DNA from: a virus
DNA: 64,000 nucleotides
Reading direction: 5' to 3' (one strand)
IMG/VR virus record: IMGVR_UViG_2706795428_000001
Coordinates: 46,838 to 110,837 of that record
The notes beneath the pieces are model-generated. The model was given only the letters and a program-made list of their open reading frames with translations, made no database searches and was not told the origin of the DNA. The position numbers and the translations under genes were made by a program. Shown piece after piece: positions 18,509 to 28,153 of the stretch (positions are counted from its first letter, which is position 1; every line of letters starts with the position of its first letter).

Positions 18509-18721
18509 TTATTCTTCATACCAAGTAACAGTGAAAAAACATCCACCATTTTCGGATTCATCTTCCCAAATTTCAGAAGGATTTAGATCTTTCGAAATCA
18601 ACAAATCTCGAAAATCTGATGCCGCATACCACCCAGTGAATCGTTGAACATGCTTTTTCATTTTCCGATAATCACCTTTCGAAGAGTCAACCATAAAATG
18701 CTTAGTTCTCCATTCCACCAT
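18509..18721 (-). CDS. hypothetical protein
   Basis: Small ORF. Confidence 0.45.
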   Translation of the reverse strand: MVEWRTKHFMVDSSKGDYRKMKKHVQRFTGWYAASDFRDLLISKDLNPSEIWEDESENGGCFFTVTWYEE

Positions 18722-18799
18722 TCAATTCCAATGAAAATAGGCTGGAAGCCAGAAGTTCCTAGAATGAGTGGTCCAAACTTATGAAGTTTTAGGATAAGA

Positions 18800-18961
18800 T
18801 TAGAGTTCACCAAGTTCCTTGATTCCGGGATAGAGCGTTTCAGCGACAAAAACGGCATCATCGCGATTGCTGAAAAAACGATCGTGGTCGATCAGTTGAC
18901 CCTCGAAATTGTAGACATTGAACATAAAGAAACCATCTTCACGTTGAATTTCGTAAGCCAT
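18800..18961 (-). CDS. small early hypothetical protein (53 aa)
   Basis: Hand-translated MAYEIQRED...GEL; preceded by TTTACT-N17-CATAAT and AAGGAGAAAT. Confidence 0.6.
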   Translation of the reverse strand: MAYEIQREDGFFMFNVYNFEGQLIDHDRFFSNRDDAVFVAETLYPGIKELGEL

Positions 18962-19033
18962 TTTGATTTCTCCTTTGATGATTAACCAACCTTGAAATCA
19001 TTATGGCTTACGATTCAAAAGAAGTAAAGTGAT

Positions 19034-19882
19034 TTATTTCTTATTTTTGAGTAGTTCTGGTTCAGCGGTAGGATTTGATCCGAGTCTTGCCTGACCTTCA
19101 AGTCCGCCGATGCCAAACAGATAACTTCCAAAATGCTGAATTTTGAACCACGGACATAGCCAGCATTTCAGACCGATTTTACGAGCAGCTTGTGTAAAAT
19201 GATAATCTTCTGAAAGGTATCTACGTGATACAGGATCGATAGGACAATCAAAGAACGCATAAATTTCACGAGAACCGTCAAAGTTTGCTGTTCGAACGTG
19301 ATCCGGTAGATATGCCTTTTCAGGATAGGCTTCGATCATTTTCTCAAACACTTTTCGTTTGATCATCATAAAACCAGTACCGAGTTCGGCGACTTCAGCA
19401 GGTTCTGAAAGTTTAATTTCAGTTGTACCTTCGATGGGATTGAATACGAAATCACCAACAAACTTTTCAAGTTCATTTGGATCTTCGTCTGCGTGACCTT
19501 TATCTACTGCTAGTTTGATCTTTTCCCAAGTAATGCATTTCTTGGCATAGGGTCCACCAACAATATCATATTCTGAATCATCGCCCATAAGAGCAAGCAT
19601 TGTTAGAACATCGTTTGCATCAAATGCGATATCGGCATCAATGAAAAGCATATGACTACAATCACTACGAAGGAATTCATCGGCACAATAATTTCTTGCT
19701 CGCTGAACAAGACTTTCGTTCATGAGAAAATGAGTCTTGAAAGGAATTCCGTAAGCAGTCATAGTGCTACAAAGTTCACCAAAAGATTTGGTGAACACTG
19801 CTGCTGTATTGCCACCATAACATGGGAGCGCGAGAAAGATAGATCTTTCTCGCAGTTTTGAAATTTCAATATTAATTTCCAT
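19034..19882 (-). CDS. GT-A fold (GT2-like) glycosyltransferase
   Basis: LALPCYGG, SLVQRARN, HMLFIDAD (DxD), GTGFMMI, LSEDYHF. Confidence 0.8.
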   Translation of the reverse strand: MEINIEISKLRERSIFLALPCYGGNTAAVFTKSFGELCSTMTAYGIPFKTHFLMNESLVQRARNYCADEFLRSDCSHMLFIDADIAFDANDVLTMLALMGDDSEYDIVGGPYAKKCITWEKIKLAVDKGHADEDPNELEKFVGDFVFNPIEGTTEIKLSEPAEVAELGTGFMMIKRKVFEKMIEAYPEKAYLPDHVRTANFDGSREIYAFFDCPIDPVSRRYLSEDYHFTQAARKIGLKCWLCPWFKIQHFGSYLFGIGGLEGQARLGSNPTAEPELLKNKK

Positions 19883-20102
19883 TTTCAACCGTTTCTGTTT
19901 GTTCTTTTGAAAGAGTTTCTGCGATGTCATCAAATAAATTTCTGATCATTTGATTGATTTCTATGAAACCATTCAGAATTGAATTGAATCGTTCTCTGGC
20001 TTGATCATCATCAGGAGTTCCGATGAAATTTAGATACTCTGAATTGATCGAATTGAACTTGATCAGAATATTCTCTGTTTTCTTTGTAAGAGTTTCACTC
20101 AT
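19872..20102 (-). CDS. hypothetical protein
   Basis: Small ORF; likely start MSETL. Confidence 0.45.
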   Translation of the reverse strand: MSETLTKKTENILIKFNSINSEYLNFIGTPDDDQARERFNSILNGFIEINQMIRNLFDDIAETLSKEQTETVENGN

Positions 20103-20284
20103 TTGTTGAACTCTTCTTTTGTAGCACAAAGAAACCTTTGTTTTCAGAAACAGTCTTCATCTTGAAATTCACTTGGACTTGTTGAGTTGAATATTGAACA
20201 GTAGTCATTCTATTATTTCCTTTTACTTCATTCATTCGGTTTACAACTTTAATCATACTCAACAAATCACTAATAAGCTTTACA

Positions 20285-20797
20285 TTACTTCATTCTTTTC
20301 TTAACCTTCGCGATACGTTTCTTGAGTAATTGACCTTTAAGGCCAGTAGTTTTATCGATCATTGTAATACCATTCAAATGATCAATTTCATGTTGAATAA
20401 CTCTTGCAGTAAAATCTTCAAATTTCTTTGTAACGACATTACCATTTGGTTCGGTATAACGAACTTTAATTCGTCGAGGTCTTTCAACTTCTGTGAAAAT
20501 TCCCGGAAAACTTACACAACCTTCTTCCAATGTAATCAGAGTTTCATAAGATGCATCAATGATTTTTGGATTGAACATGACAATGACAGGATTAGATTGA
20601 ATCGCAATGACTTGAAGATTAATACCAATTTGAGGAGCAGCTAATCCAATTGCCTTCTCAGTAATCATCTTTGCTGAAAGAAATCGAGCAAATTCGATTG
20701 GATCACAAGGTGAATTATGAAAATCAAATTTTTGAGAAGGAGTATGAATTGACTCTGGATCGAATTCTACTTTGTCCAGAAGAGTTTTACCAAACAT
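20285..20797 (-). CDS. def: peptide deformylase
   Basis: GLAAPQIG, EGCVS and QHEIDHL signature motifs. Confidence 0.93.
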   Translation of the reverse strand: MFGKTLLDKVEFDPESIHTPSQKFDFHNSPCDPIEFARFLSAKMITEKAIGLAAPQIGINLQVIAIQSNPVIVMFNPKIIDASYETLITLEEGCVSFPGIFTEVERPRRIKVRYTEPNGNVVTKKFEDFTARVIQHEIDHLNGITMIDKTTGLKGQLLKKRIAKVKKRMK

Positions 20798-20799
20798 AT

Positions 20800-21342
20800 T
20801 TATTTTCCGTAGAGTTTTCTGATTGCTTCTTCACCTGCTGGAGTCACTTTTCGTGATCCAATTCCAGTATAAATTCCTTGAGGTTTAGGGACGTCATTAC
20901 AAACAATCCAAGAATTCATATATCGAGTATACCACTTTTCAGTATGCATATCAAATACATATAGTGATGGTTCAATATCATCTTGGAAATCTTCGAACAT
21001 TTGAACTGCCCAAGCCGTTCCTCCTTCAATGTTCGAAGATTTCCAGTCAATGTAAGTGACTGCGTAAACAGATTTAGTATCATTTACTTGAAAATAATTT
21101 CTTCTAAGAAGATTATCGTTGTATTGGCTTCTGGTTGGAAATTTTCTTTGAAGTTTCAGATTTGCTCTACGAAGATATTGATCTGCTTCGAGTAGTTGAC
21201 TTATGGAAAGAATTGAATGATCTGGTAAATTTTTCTTTGAGTAATCAAAATGATAATGAATTACTCCATGACCAGAAAGACGAGCATACTTTCCGAAAAG
21301 AGTATCTGCTCCTATAGCTCCTCCAGATTTACAAAGATTCAT
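20800..21342 (-). CDS. SLOG-like (YspA/DprA-related) phage protein
   Basis: SGGAIGAD N-terminal motif, GGTAWAV, GIGSR. Confidence 0.55.
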   Translation of the reverse strand: MNLCKSGGAIGADTLFGKYARLSGHGVIHYHFDYSKKNLPDHSILSISQLLEADQYLRRANLKLQRKFPTRSQYNDNLLRRNYFQVNDTKSVYAVTYIDWKSSNIEGGTAWAVQMFEDFQDDIEPSLYVFDMHTEKWYTRYMNSWIVCNDVPKPQGIYTGIGSRKVTPAGEEAIRKLYGK

Positions 21343-23052
21343 TTATTCTTCCGCGAATCTCGAAAAGTTTTTGACTTTTTCGATTTTTATGGTATGTTCA
21401 AATTTGTCCATCATAGATTCTCTATGGGAAATAACAAAGACGTGAGTTTTTTCAAGTGAATGAAGAATCTTTACAAGATCATCAATTCCTTCATTATCAA
21501 CTCCACCATCTGCAACTTCATCCAAAATGAGAAGATTTGTTGCAGAAGAATTTCTCATCGTTGCAACATATCGCCAAGCAAAGATAAGAGCCATGTTGAT
21601 TCTAGCTTTCTCTCCTTCTGAGAAAGACTCATAAGAAAAATTTTCTCTGAAACGGCTTTTCAAGGTTTCCTTGAATGTTTCGTCGATTTCAAATTGAACA
21701 TTGAGATCGAGAATATTCAGATATTTGTTGATTGCTCCATTAATAATTGGAATGTATTGCTTGATGATCTTGGATTTAATCCCACCATCTTTGAGAAGAA
21801 CTGAAGCAACATCGTAAGTTGCTTTTTGATTTACGAGTTCTTCTCTACGTTTATCTAGTAGTTCTTTGGAGGAATAAAGTTCTTCTAATTTACTTTGTTC
21901 TACTTCTTCTGTAAAGGACTTTGTTTCAGAATTCAATTCTTTTTCAAGTTGAACAATAAACTTTTGAAACCCATTTATTGTCGAATTGTAGTCTGAAATT
22001 GTTCTAGTCAATCCATTAATTTCAGCCAAAATATTTTGAATTTCTAGAGAACGATTTGAAAGAACTGTCAGATCTTCAGAAAGTTTCTCGAGACCATTTT
22101 CGATTTCTTGAATTTTCTTTTCTTTTTTCGAAACAGAATCACATTTGAAAGTTTCATCAATATCTTGTTTACATGTTGGACAATGATCATAATCATGAAA
22201 GAATTTCAATTCTTTCTTTAGTTTTGATTTTCTTTCTCTTAGTTGTGCTTCGACTGTAGAATATTGTTTGATTTTCTTTGAAACGGTCGATTGGTCTTGA
22301 ATTGAATTCTGAAGATTGTCAATTTGTTTTTGAGTTGTTTGAATTTTCTTTTGAAATTCTTCAATTGAAAGAGACGTTTCTTCAATTTTTTCTCGAATTG
22401 AATCTTTTTCGACTTTAGCAGCGTTCTTGGAATTTTGAATGAATTGTTTCTGAAGACGAATCTTTTCTTCAATCAAATCAGATTCATAGCGAATTTCTGA
22501 AAGAGCATTTTTATTTTCGTCGACACGATCTCGAAGAAGTCGATTCATTTTCGAAAATACTTGAAGATCAAGCAAATCTTCAATAATTTCTCTTCGTCCT
22601 CCTGAACCAAGTTTCATGAAAGGAACAAAAGTCGCTGTCCCAATGATGACAATCTGACAAAATGATTTGTGATTCATTCGAAGAATTCGCTTCTCCAAAT
22701 GTTCTTGATACTCAAACGTTCCAGGATTTTTAAGTAGGACACCATTTTCCCAAATCTCAAAGATTTCGGGTGCCATGCCTCGACGAACAAGATATTCGTT
22801 TTTACCAATCGAAAATGTTACTTCAACTTTACAATCTTTTTTGTTAATTGAATTGATCAACTGACCTTTGTTGATATTTCGAAATGGTTTCTTATACAAC
22901 ACAAATGAAAGAGGATCTAATAGACCACCAGATTTGTTTGAACCATTTCTACCATGAATAAGAGTAGTCGCGTGAGCATCAAGTTGATAGCGCATTGATT
23001 TTTCACCAATGCTCATGAAATTCCATGTTTCTAACGTCTTGAATACAATCAT
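21343..23052 (-). CDS. 46: recombination endonuclease ATPase subunit (T4 gp46, SbcC/Rad50-like)
   Basis: GRNGSNKS, coiled coil with CPTC zinc hook, FSEGE, LILDE, ISH. Confidence 0.95.
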   Translation of the reverse strand: MIVFKTLETWNFMSIGEKSMRYQLDAHATTLIHGRNGSNKSGGLLDPLSFVLYKKPFRNINKGQLINSINKKDCKVEVTFSIGKNEYLVRRGMAPEIFEIWENGVLLKNPGTFEYQEHLEKRILRMNHKSFCQIVIIGTATFVPFMKLGSGGRREIIEDLLDLQVFSKMNRLLRDRVDENKNALSEIRYESDLIEEKIRLQKQFIQNSKNAAKVEKDSIREKIEETSLSIEEFQKKIQTTQKQIDNLQNSIQDQSTVSKKIKQYSTVEAQLRERKSKLKKELKFFHDYDHCPTCKQDIDETFKCDSVSKKEKKIQEIENGLEKLSEDLTVLSNRSLEIQNILAEINGLTRTISDYNSTINGFQKFIVQLEKELNSETKSFTEEVEQSKLEELYSSKELLDKRREELVNQKATYDVASVLLKDGGIKSKIIKQYIPIINGAINKYLNILDLNVQFEIDETFKETLKSRFRENFSYESFSEGEKARINMALIFAWRYVATMRNSSATNLLILDEVADGGVDNEGIDDLVKILHSLEKTHVFVISHRESMMDKFEHTIKIEKVKNFSRFAEE

Positions 23053-24138
23053 GCTTGTTCGACTACTCTTACTGCTTCTTCGTATAATGATTTCATAAGA
23101 TTAACGACTGGTTCTTTTTGAATATCAATATCCAATCCGTCAACATACTTGTCCAGAATAGTCAAAGTATCCTCGACAGTTCCTTGAGTTTCTTCAAATT
23201 CTGAATAAAGGTTTAAAGACTCATCTACAATTTGTAAATTGACTACATCACTCTTTTCAAGTTTATCGAATACTCGATCAAACCAGAAAGGTTTTGTTTT
23301 ATTCACCACCACAAGTTTTACGTATCCACCAGCAATACTTGAAGTATCAATAGAATTTAGGAGGTCATCAAGAGTATTATATTTCAAATCATCATAATAT
23401 ACTTTATGAAACATCTTGAATGGATTGTGAATGAATTCAAGTTTTCGAGTATCTGTATCTAGAATATGAAATCCTTTTTGGTCTCCATAATCTGCCCAAG
23501 TAATTTCATATTGAGTGCCGAGGTAATGAATGTTATCTCTAGAACTCTTATGATGATAATGTCCAGATAGAACCATATCAAATTTTTGGAACAGTTTTTC
23601 GTCCATTCCATGTTCCATGAAATTACCGCGATACATCTCATACCCAGACAATTCAAGATGCGATACAAGAATTGATGCTCGAGATTTATCCACTACTTTC
23701 ATAAAATCTGCATAATGACTTGATGCAATCCAAGGCAGCAGAAGAATTTTTGTTCCATCAATTTCAATTTCTTTTGGTTCTGTATCAACAATCATCATAC
23801 CCTTTGTTTGACGACCAGAAGAATAAAGAGCCTGAATTGAATTAATTTCATTGGAACGGAAAAATGTGGAATCATGATTCCCAATTATAGCATAGGTAGA
23901 AACTCCAAGATTTTCGAGTTCTTTGAAAAATCTTTCATGGGCTTCTTGAGCAATACGTAATTCGACATACTTTCTGATGTCAAAAATATCGCCAGCCAAA
24001 ATCACATGTTTGATATTATGTTCTTTTAGATATGGAAAGAAAATTTGTTCATGAAATTTATAGAAGTATTCATGAAATACTCTAGAACCAGATCTTGTTC
24101 CGAAAATGAATATCGTTCAGGATAGCAACTTTAGCCAT
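23049..24138 (-). CDS. 47: recombination endonuclease nuclease subunit (T4 gp47, Mre11-like); +1 frameshift near the 5' end
   Basis: SD AAGGAG then ATG at 24138 gives MAKVAILNDIH; frame broken at the A-run 24103-24106; continues FGTRSG...LAGDIFD, GNHD, SHLEL, SGHYH. Confidence 0.9.
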
Positions 24139-24155
24139 CTAACGAGTCTCCTTTC

Positions 24156-24380
24156 TTACTTGTTCTTAAACCTTGCAACAGCAACAAAATATTTTCCAAT
24201 AATGAATACAAATATGTTGACTTTTAAATTTTCAACAATTCGTTTCTCTGAAATCAAATCGAAATATTTACGAGGCTTTTCTTGATATTCCCACCAAGAA
24301 CCATCACCTTTTAATTCAGATTCATACAAACTAATAGCAATATCATTAGTCAAAGCAAAATTAAGAAGCTTCTTTGACAT
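24156..24380 (-). CDS. hypothetical protein
   Basis: Likely start MSKKLL at 24380. Confidence 0.45.
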   Translation of the reverse strand: MSKKLLNFALTNDIAISLYESELKGDGSWWEYQEKPRKYFDLISEKRIVENLKVNIFVFIIGKYFVAVARFKNK

Positions 24381-24951
24381 TTTCAATCTCCTCATCTTCT
24401 TCAACCAAAACTTCAAGTCCGATTTTTTTCTTTTCAGGTTTTGGTTTTTCGAAAAGATCTCGGAGTTTGTTATGATGTTCTGTCGTCAAATCAACCATTG
24501 ATTCAACATTCGAAAGTTCTTGACCCGAAGTTAATGTTCCTGAAAGAATCATATTCTCTGTCAATTTCGATCGAACATATTCTTCTTTCTTTTCACGAGT
24601 AATTCGATGAATGAAAGCATGATAGATGATTTTTGTGAAATAAGAGAAAGGATTAGGTTTACCGGATCTTGTCACAGCGTTAGGATTGAAATGATGAGCA
24701 TTTGAAAGACATGTTTCAATTGCATCTGAAACCATTTCTTGTCGATAAGAGTATCCGATGAAATTTGGTCGGTGTGAAAAATTCTCTGCAATTAATACGA
24801 TTGCTTGACCAACATAAGGTGTTACTGGAACTCTTGGTGATTCTCCACGAGCTTTTGCTTCTTCAACTCGTTTTCGATGTTCACACATCGCTTCAAACAA
24901 TTTATGATTGTCTACGTAATCATGCTTACGTCTTAGAGCCATCTCGCCCAT
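24361..24951 (-). CDS. 55: late-transcription sigma factor (T4 gp55)
   Basis: YVDNHKLF...RPNFIGYSYRQEMVSDAIE...NPFSYFTKIIY.AF..RI.REKK. Confidence 0.93.
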   Translation of the reverse strand: MGEMALRRKHDYVDNHKLFEAMCEHRKRVEEAKARGESPRVPVTPYVGQAIVLIAENFSHRPNFIGYSYRQEMVSDAIETCLSNAHHFNPNAVTRSGKPNPFSYFTKIIYHAFIHRITREKKEEYVRSKLTENMILSGTLTSGQELSNVESMVDLTTEHHNKLRDLFEKPKPEKKKIGLEVLVEEDEEIENVKEAS

Positions 24952-25085
24952 GACCTTTCTTTTCGGAAATATTTGAAGATTTGAATTATACTTCGTTTTC
25001 AGTAGAAGTAAAGCAAAACATCATTAAAACTGTTTTAATCTCAAACGTTATTAGAGTTTTATCACTTCTTACTTAGAATGGTTTT

Positions 25086-25934
25086 ATGGATCAATATTCT
25101 GTGAAAGGGATCAATAGAATGCTAACTTTTCATGAAGCTGCAATTTCTTATGTTGAACATGGAGGAGAAGAACGATACCTTCGAAAACTCATCGAACATT
25201 TTGGAAATCAAGATGTTTCAAAGATCACTCCAATGGCTGTCAGGAATTCAGTGAAAATCATCTTTCCGAATTCTTCTCCGGCAACTCACAATCGTCAAGT
25301 CATCACTCCAATGAGAGCAGTCTTGTATCATGCCCATGAAATGGGTTGGAGAATGCCTGCAAAAATCAAATCATTCTACGCTCCGAAAACCAAATTGACA
25401 ATTCCTGCAAATCGAAAATGGTTAGAAACTTTCATTGATCAATGCGACAAAGATGAATTACCTCATTTGGCAGCTTGCGTTCTTTTCATGAATCTTACCG
25501 GAGCAAGAGTTTCAGAGGCTGTTAATTTTCTTGGAAAGCATATCAACTTAAGAGAACGTAAAGCAATTCTTATTAAAACAAAAACCGATTTCAATAGTAT
25601 TCGGTATCTCCCTGATCACTTGGTCGAACGATTAAGAGATTTGAACATTGGCCCCGAGGATCGTGCTTTCAAATACAAATGTCGTTTCAGCGTCAATGAA
25701 AGAATTGGAGCAGTTTGTAATCGGGCCGGAATTCAATACAAATCATCTCATACTGTTGGAAGACATTCTTTCGCGACAAATGCTTTGAATGCTGGAGTCA
25801 GTGTTCGAGTCGCAATGGATGCCGGTGGTTGGAAATCTTCTTCAATCTTTCTTGAAACATATTCGCATAGTATGGATGCTGGTAAAAGAGTCGCAGATAT
25901 TTTCAATCTTATTCATCAAAAAGATCAAGAATGA
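25086..25934 (+). CDS. tyrosine recombinase (XerC-like, no arm-binding domain)
   Basis: TGARVSE (R), KTK (K), HTVGRH (HxxR-type), GGWKS (W), TYSH (Y). Confidence 0.92.
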   Translation: MDQYSVKGINRMLTFHEAAISYVEHGGEERYLRKLIEHFGNQDVSKITPMAVRNSVKIIFPNSSPATHNRQVITPMRAVLYHAHEMGWRMPAKIKSFYAPKTKLTIPANRKWLETFIDQCDKDELPHLAACVLFMNLTGARVSEAVNFLGKHINLRERKAILIKTKTDFNSIRYLPDHLVERLRDLNIGPEDRAFKYKCRFSVNERIGAVCNRAGIQYKSSHTVGRHSFATNALNAGVSVRVAMDAGGWKSSSIFLETYSHSMDAGKRVADIFNLIHQKDQE

Positions 25935-25983
25935 GGAGAGAGTTTTTTGTTTACCCTCCCCTCACTTGATGTGGGGTGGAGGA

Positions 25984-27504
25984 TCACCAGGTCGAGACGT
26001 TACCCATACGCGCCCCGCGATCCGGCCAGCAGTCGCGCAGGTAAATCGCCGAGCCAGAACCGGATGTCATGTAGGCGTAGGAGCCAGGTGACATTTGCGG
26101 CGTCCGCACACGGAAGAGGAAGAACTGTGCGTCGTCGTCAGCCCGAAACGCGGTCGGGGGCGTCGTCCCTGCAAACCGGCGGTCACCTCGGTCGTGCGCC
26201 ATCGTGCCTGCGAAAATGCCCTTGGACGAGTCGATCGAGCGCACGCAGCCGCCACCCGAATCTCGATAGTCGCCCGCATAGTCGGCGGTGATGACGTCCT
26301 CATGACCAGTGTGGGCGTTGGCCGAGAGGGGGTTGGAAAGGCCAGCAGCGTTCACCGTGACGCCGTTTTTTCGGCCGACGCAATTCACGAACAGCGCGCG
26401 AGTTTTGACGCCCAGTCCGAGCTGCCAGCGCTGATTATGGATGTTCTGGTGGTCCGTTTTGGACCTGCCGAAAAAGCAATCTTCAAACCACGCGAGGCCG
26501 TGAAGCGCATCAACAGTGACCGCTCGGCCCGTCCCCGTGGTCAAAAAGCCGTATCCATGGAACCGAACACCCCTCACCGCCACGCAACGCGGCGTCACGT
26601 TTGTATCACTGGTCGGGACCACATAATCAAAAGGCCCGTTGCCGCCCCCGCCGCCCTCCAAGATCATCACGTCGCCAGAGGTGGCTGGCCCCATACCGAT
26701 CGAGATGTTCTTGCCGGCGTGGAAGTTCCGAACACGCTGGATTACGCGCGTGTTTGCGATAGTGACCGCAGAATTGTCGGCGCGACGCACGAGGGTGGTG
26801 GTTCCGTCCGTCGTCCAGCACCCAGGCGGGATGTCACCGCTGGCAACCCACGGGACATACTGGAACGGCGTCAACATGCCGTCCTCATCCACGTTGAGGC
26901 GGTCGAGGGCGTTGTCTGCCGTTGTCACCGCGCAAGCGTAAGTAAAGCTTGCGCCAGTGTGTAGCGACGGGGTTGAGAAATCAACGTGAGAGCCGACGAT
27001 CAGCAGCCCGCCATAGAACTCAAACCATATATCGACCGTGGGGTCGTAGGTCGTGCTCGATGAGCCGTTCGCGAAGTTCTTGCTCTTAGGTAGCTCGATG
27101 CTCGCGCCCTGTCCACCCTTGATGCGGATTTTTGCGGGCTGACCTGTCGCGTTGGCGGCCAGGATCGCCTTCCCGATGGTCTGCCAAGCCGTGCCCTCGG
27201 TCAGCCCGTTGCCCGTCGTGTCGTTTCCACTGGTCGGATCAACCACGAACGTGTTGACAGGAGCCGAGCGGGCTGTAGAGAATAGATCGAAAATCTGCTC
27301 GGCCGTGTAGTTGCAATGGGCATAAGCTCGACTGTCAGACCCCTTGTCTTCCAGTCTGCCCAAGAAATCATTCGGCAGAAAAAACTCAGAGCGTGGAATT
27401 GAACTCGGAAAAGGGATGTCGATCAGCGCTTGCCCTGGTGTAGCCAGGCCATTGACGGCATCGCGAAGTTCGCCGCCGTTGTAGGTTGTGCCGAGCAGGG
27501 TCAT
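25984..27504 (-). CDS. GC-rich, horizontally acquired right-handed beta-helix (pectin-lyase-like, tailspike/depolymerase-like) protein
   Basis: FVVDPTSGNDTTGNGLT...AWQTIGKAI N-terminal motif and beta-helix-like repeats; GC ~60% by eye against an AT-rich background. Confidence 0.6.
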   Translation of the reverse strand: MTLLGTTYNGGELRDAVNGLATPGQALIDIPFPSSIPRSEFFLPNDFLGRLEDKGSDSRAYAHCNYTAEQIFDLFSTARSAPVNTFVVDPTSGNDTTGNGLTEGTAWQTIGKAILAANATGQPAKIRIKGGQGASIELPKSKNFANGSSSTTYDPTVDIWFEFYGGLLIVGSHVDFSTPSLHTGASFTYACAVTTADNALDRLNVDEDGMLTPFQYVPWVASGDIPPGCWTTDGTTTLVRRADNSAVTIANTRVIQRVRNFHAGKNISIGMGPATSGDVMILEGGGGGNGPFDYVVPTSDTNVTPRCVAVRGVRFHGYGFLTTGTGRAVTVDALHGLAWFEDCFFGRSKTDHQNIHNQRWQLGLGVKTRALFVNCVGRKNGVTVNAAGLSNPLSANAHTGHEDVITADYAGDYRDSGGGCVRSIDSSKGIFAGTMAHDRGDRRFAGTTPPTAFRADDDAQFFLFRVRTPQMSPGSYAYMTSGSGSAIYLRDCWPDRGARMGNVSTW

Positions 27505-27704
27505 GCGGCCCTCGTGTCGATGAATTGCGTGGTGGAACCGATGACGCGGGTCAGGGCGATGACCGTGAAGTCGTAGATGACCCCCTCACCCTTAATAAGG
27601 GTGAGGGGATAACCCAAAGATTTCAGCGAAGCTGGAGACCCAACAAGACCCAGAGATTTTGGTAAAGCAAGCATTAAAACTCCCAAAAGAAATTTGTAAA
27701 ACAT
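27501..27704 (-). CDS. chimeric small ORF spanning the AT/GC junction
   Basis: AT-rich hydrophobic N-half joined to a GC-rich C-half; stop overlaps the ATG of the beta-helix gene. Confidence 0.5.
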   Translation of the reverse strand: MFYKFLLGVLMLALPKSLGLVGSPASLKSLGYPLTLIKGEGVIYDFTVIALTRVIGSTTQFIDTRAA

Positions 27705-27714
27705 TCATCAAAAA

Positions 27715-27722
27715 TATTTATA
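27715..27722 (-). promoter_or_regulatory. T4-type late promoter TATAAATA
   Basis: Exact TATAAATA on the minus strand just upstream of the chimeric ORF. Confidence 0.65.
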
Positions 27723-27879
27723 ACGTATTAATTCTTCACGTTTTATCAAAATATGACTTTATTCTTTAAAGAATTGAAGGTCTTATTTTATTAAATTTCA
27801 TGAATTTCTTCAAAATGACGATTAGCTCATAAACCCTTACTCAAACATATTTATTTGTCCGAAAAATCACGTTTAGGGA

Positions 27880-27908
27880 TTTACTTTCATATTAGATCGT
27901 TTTAAAGT
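27880..27908 (+). promoter_or_regulatory. early promoter
   Basis: TTTACT-N17-TAAAGT followed by the shared leader and AAGGAGAAAT. Confidence 0.7.
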
Positions 27909-27945
27909 TCATCATAAGGTTTGAACGAAGCAAGGAGAAATTCAA

Positions 27946-28153
27946 ATGTCTGCCAAGCAAATCAATTTCATTCGCTTGACATCCCCCTACTGGTGAACAA
28001 ACTTCTTGGATCCCTTTCGAATGGGATGGCAATCTTTCGCTTTATTTCGTATATGGTCGAAAGAATTGGACGACGGAAGTTATCGACTGGTTCGATGATG
28101 CGGTCAATGTTCATCGTTATCTTGAAAAGAACCACCCTGAAGTAGAATTTTAA
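27946..28153 (+). CDS. small early protein, interrupted by a +1 C in a homopolymer
   Basis: MSAKQINFIRLTS then PTGEQTSW...EVEF in the +1 frame after CCCCC 27983-27987. Confidence 0.5.

Noticed and set aside
23049-24138. gp47 as a true pseudogene
   Set aside because: The rest of the gene and gp46 are intact, and two other +1 homopolymer breaks (27983-27987, 35008-35012) point to sequencing error
25086-25934. Integrase as proof of a temperate lifestyle or prophage
   Set aside because: No repressor, excisionase or host flanking DNA in the window; gene content is that of a T4-like lytic phage
25947-26964. Plus-strand ORFs 25947-26291, 26095-26964 and 26639-26941
   Set aside because: Antisense shadows of the GC-rich 506-aa gene; high GC suppresses stop codons, and the translations show no recognisable motifs
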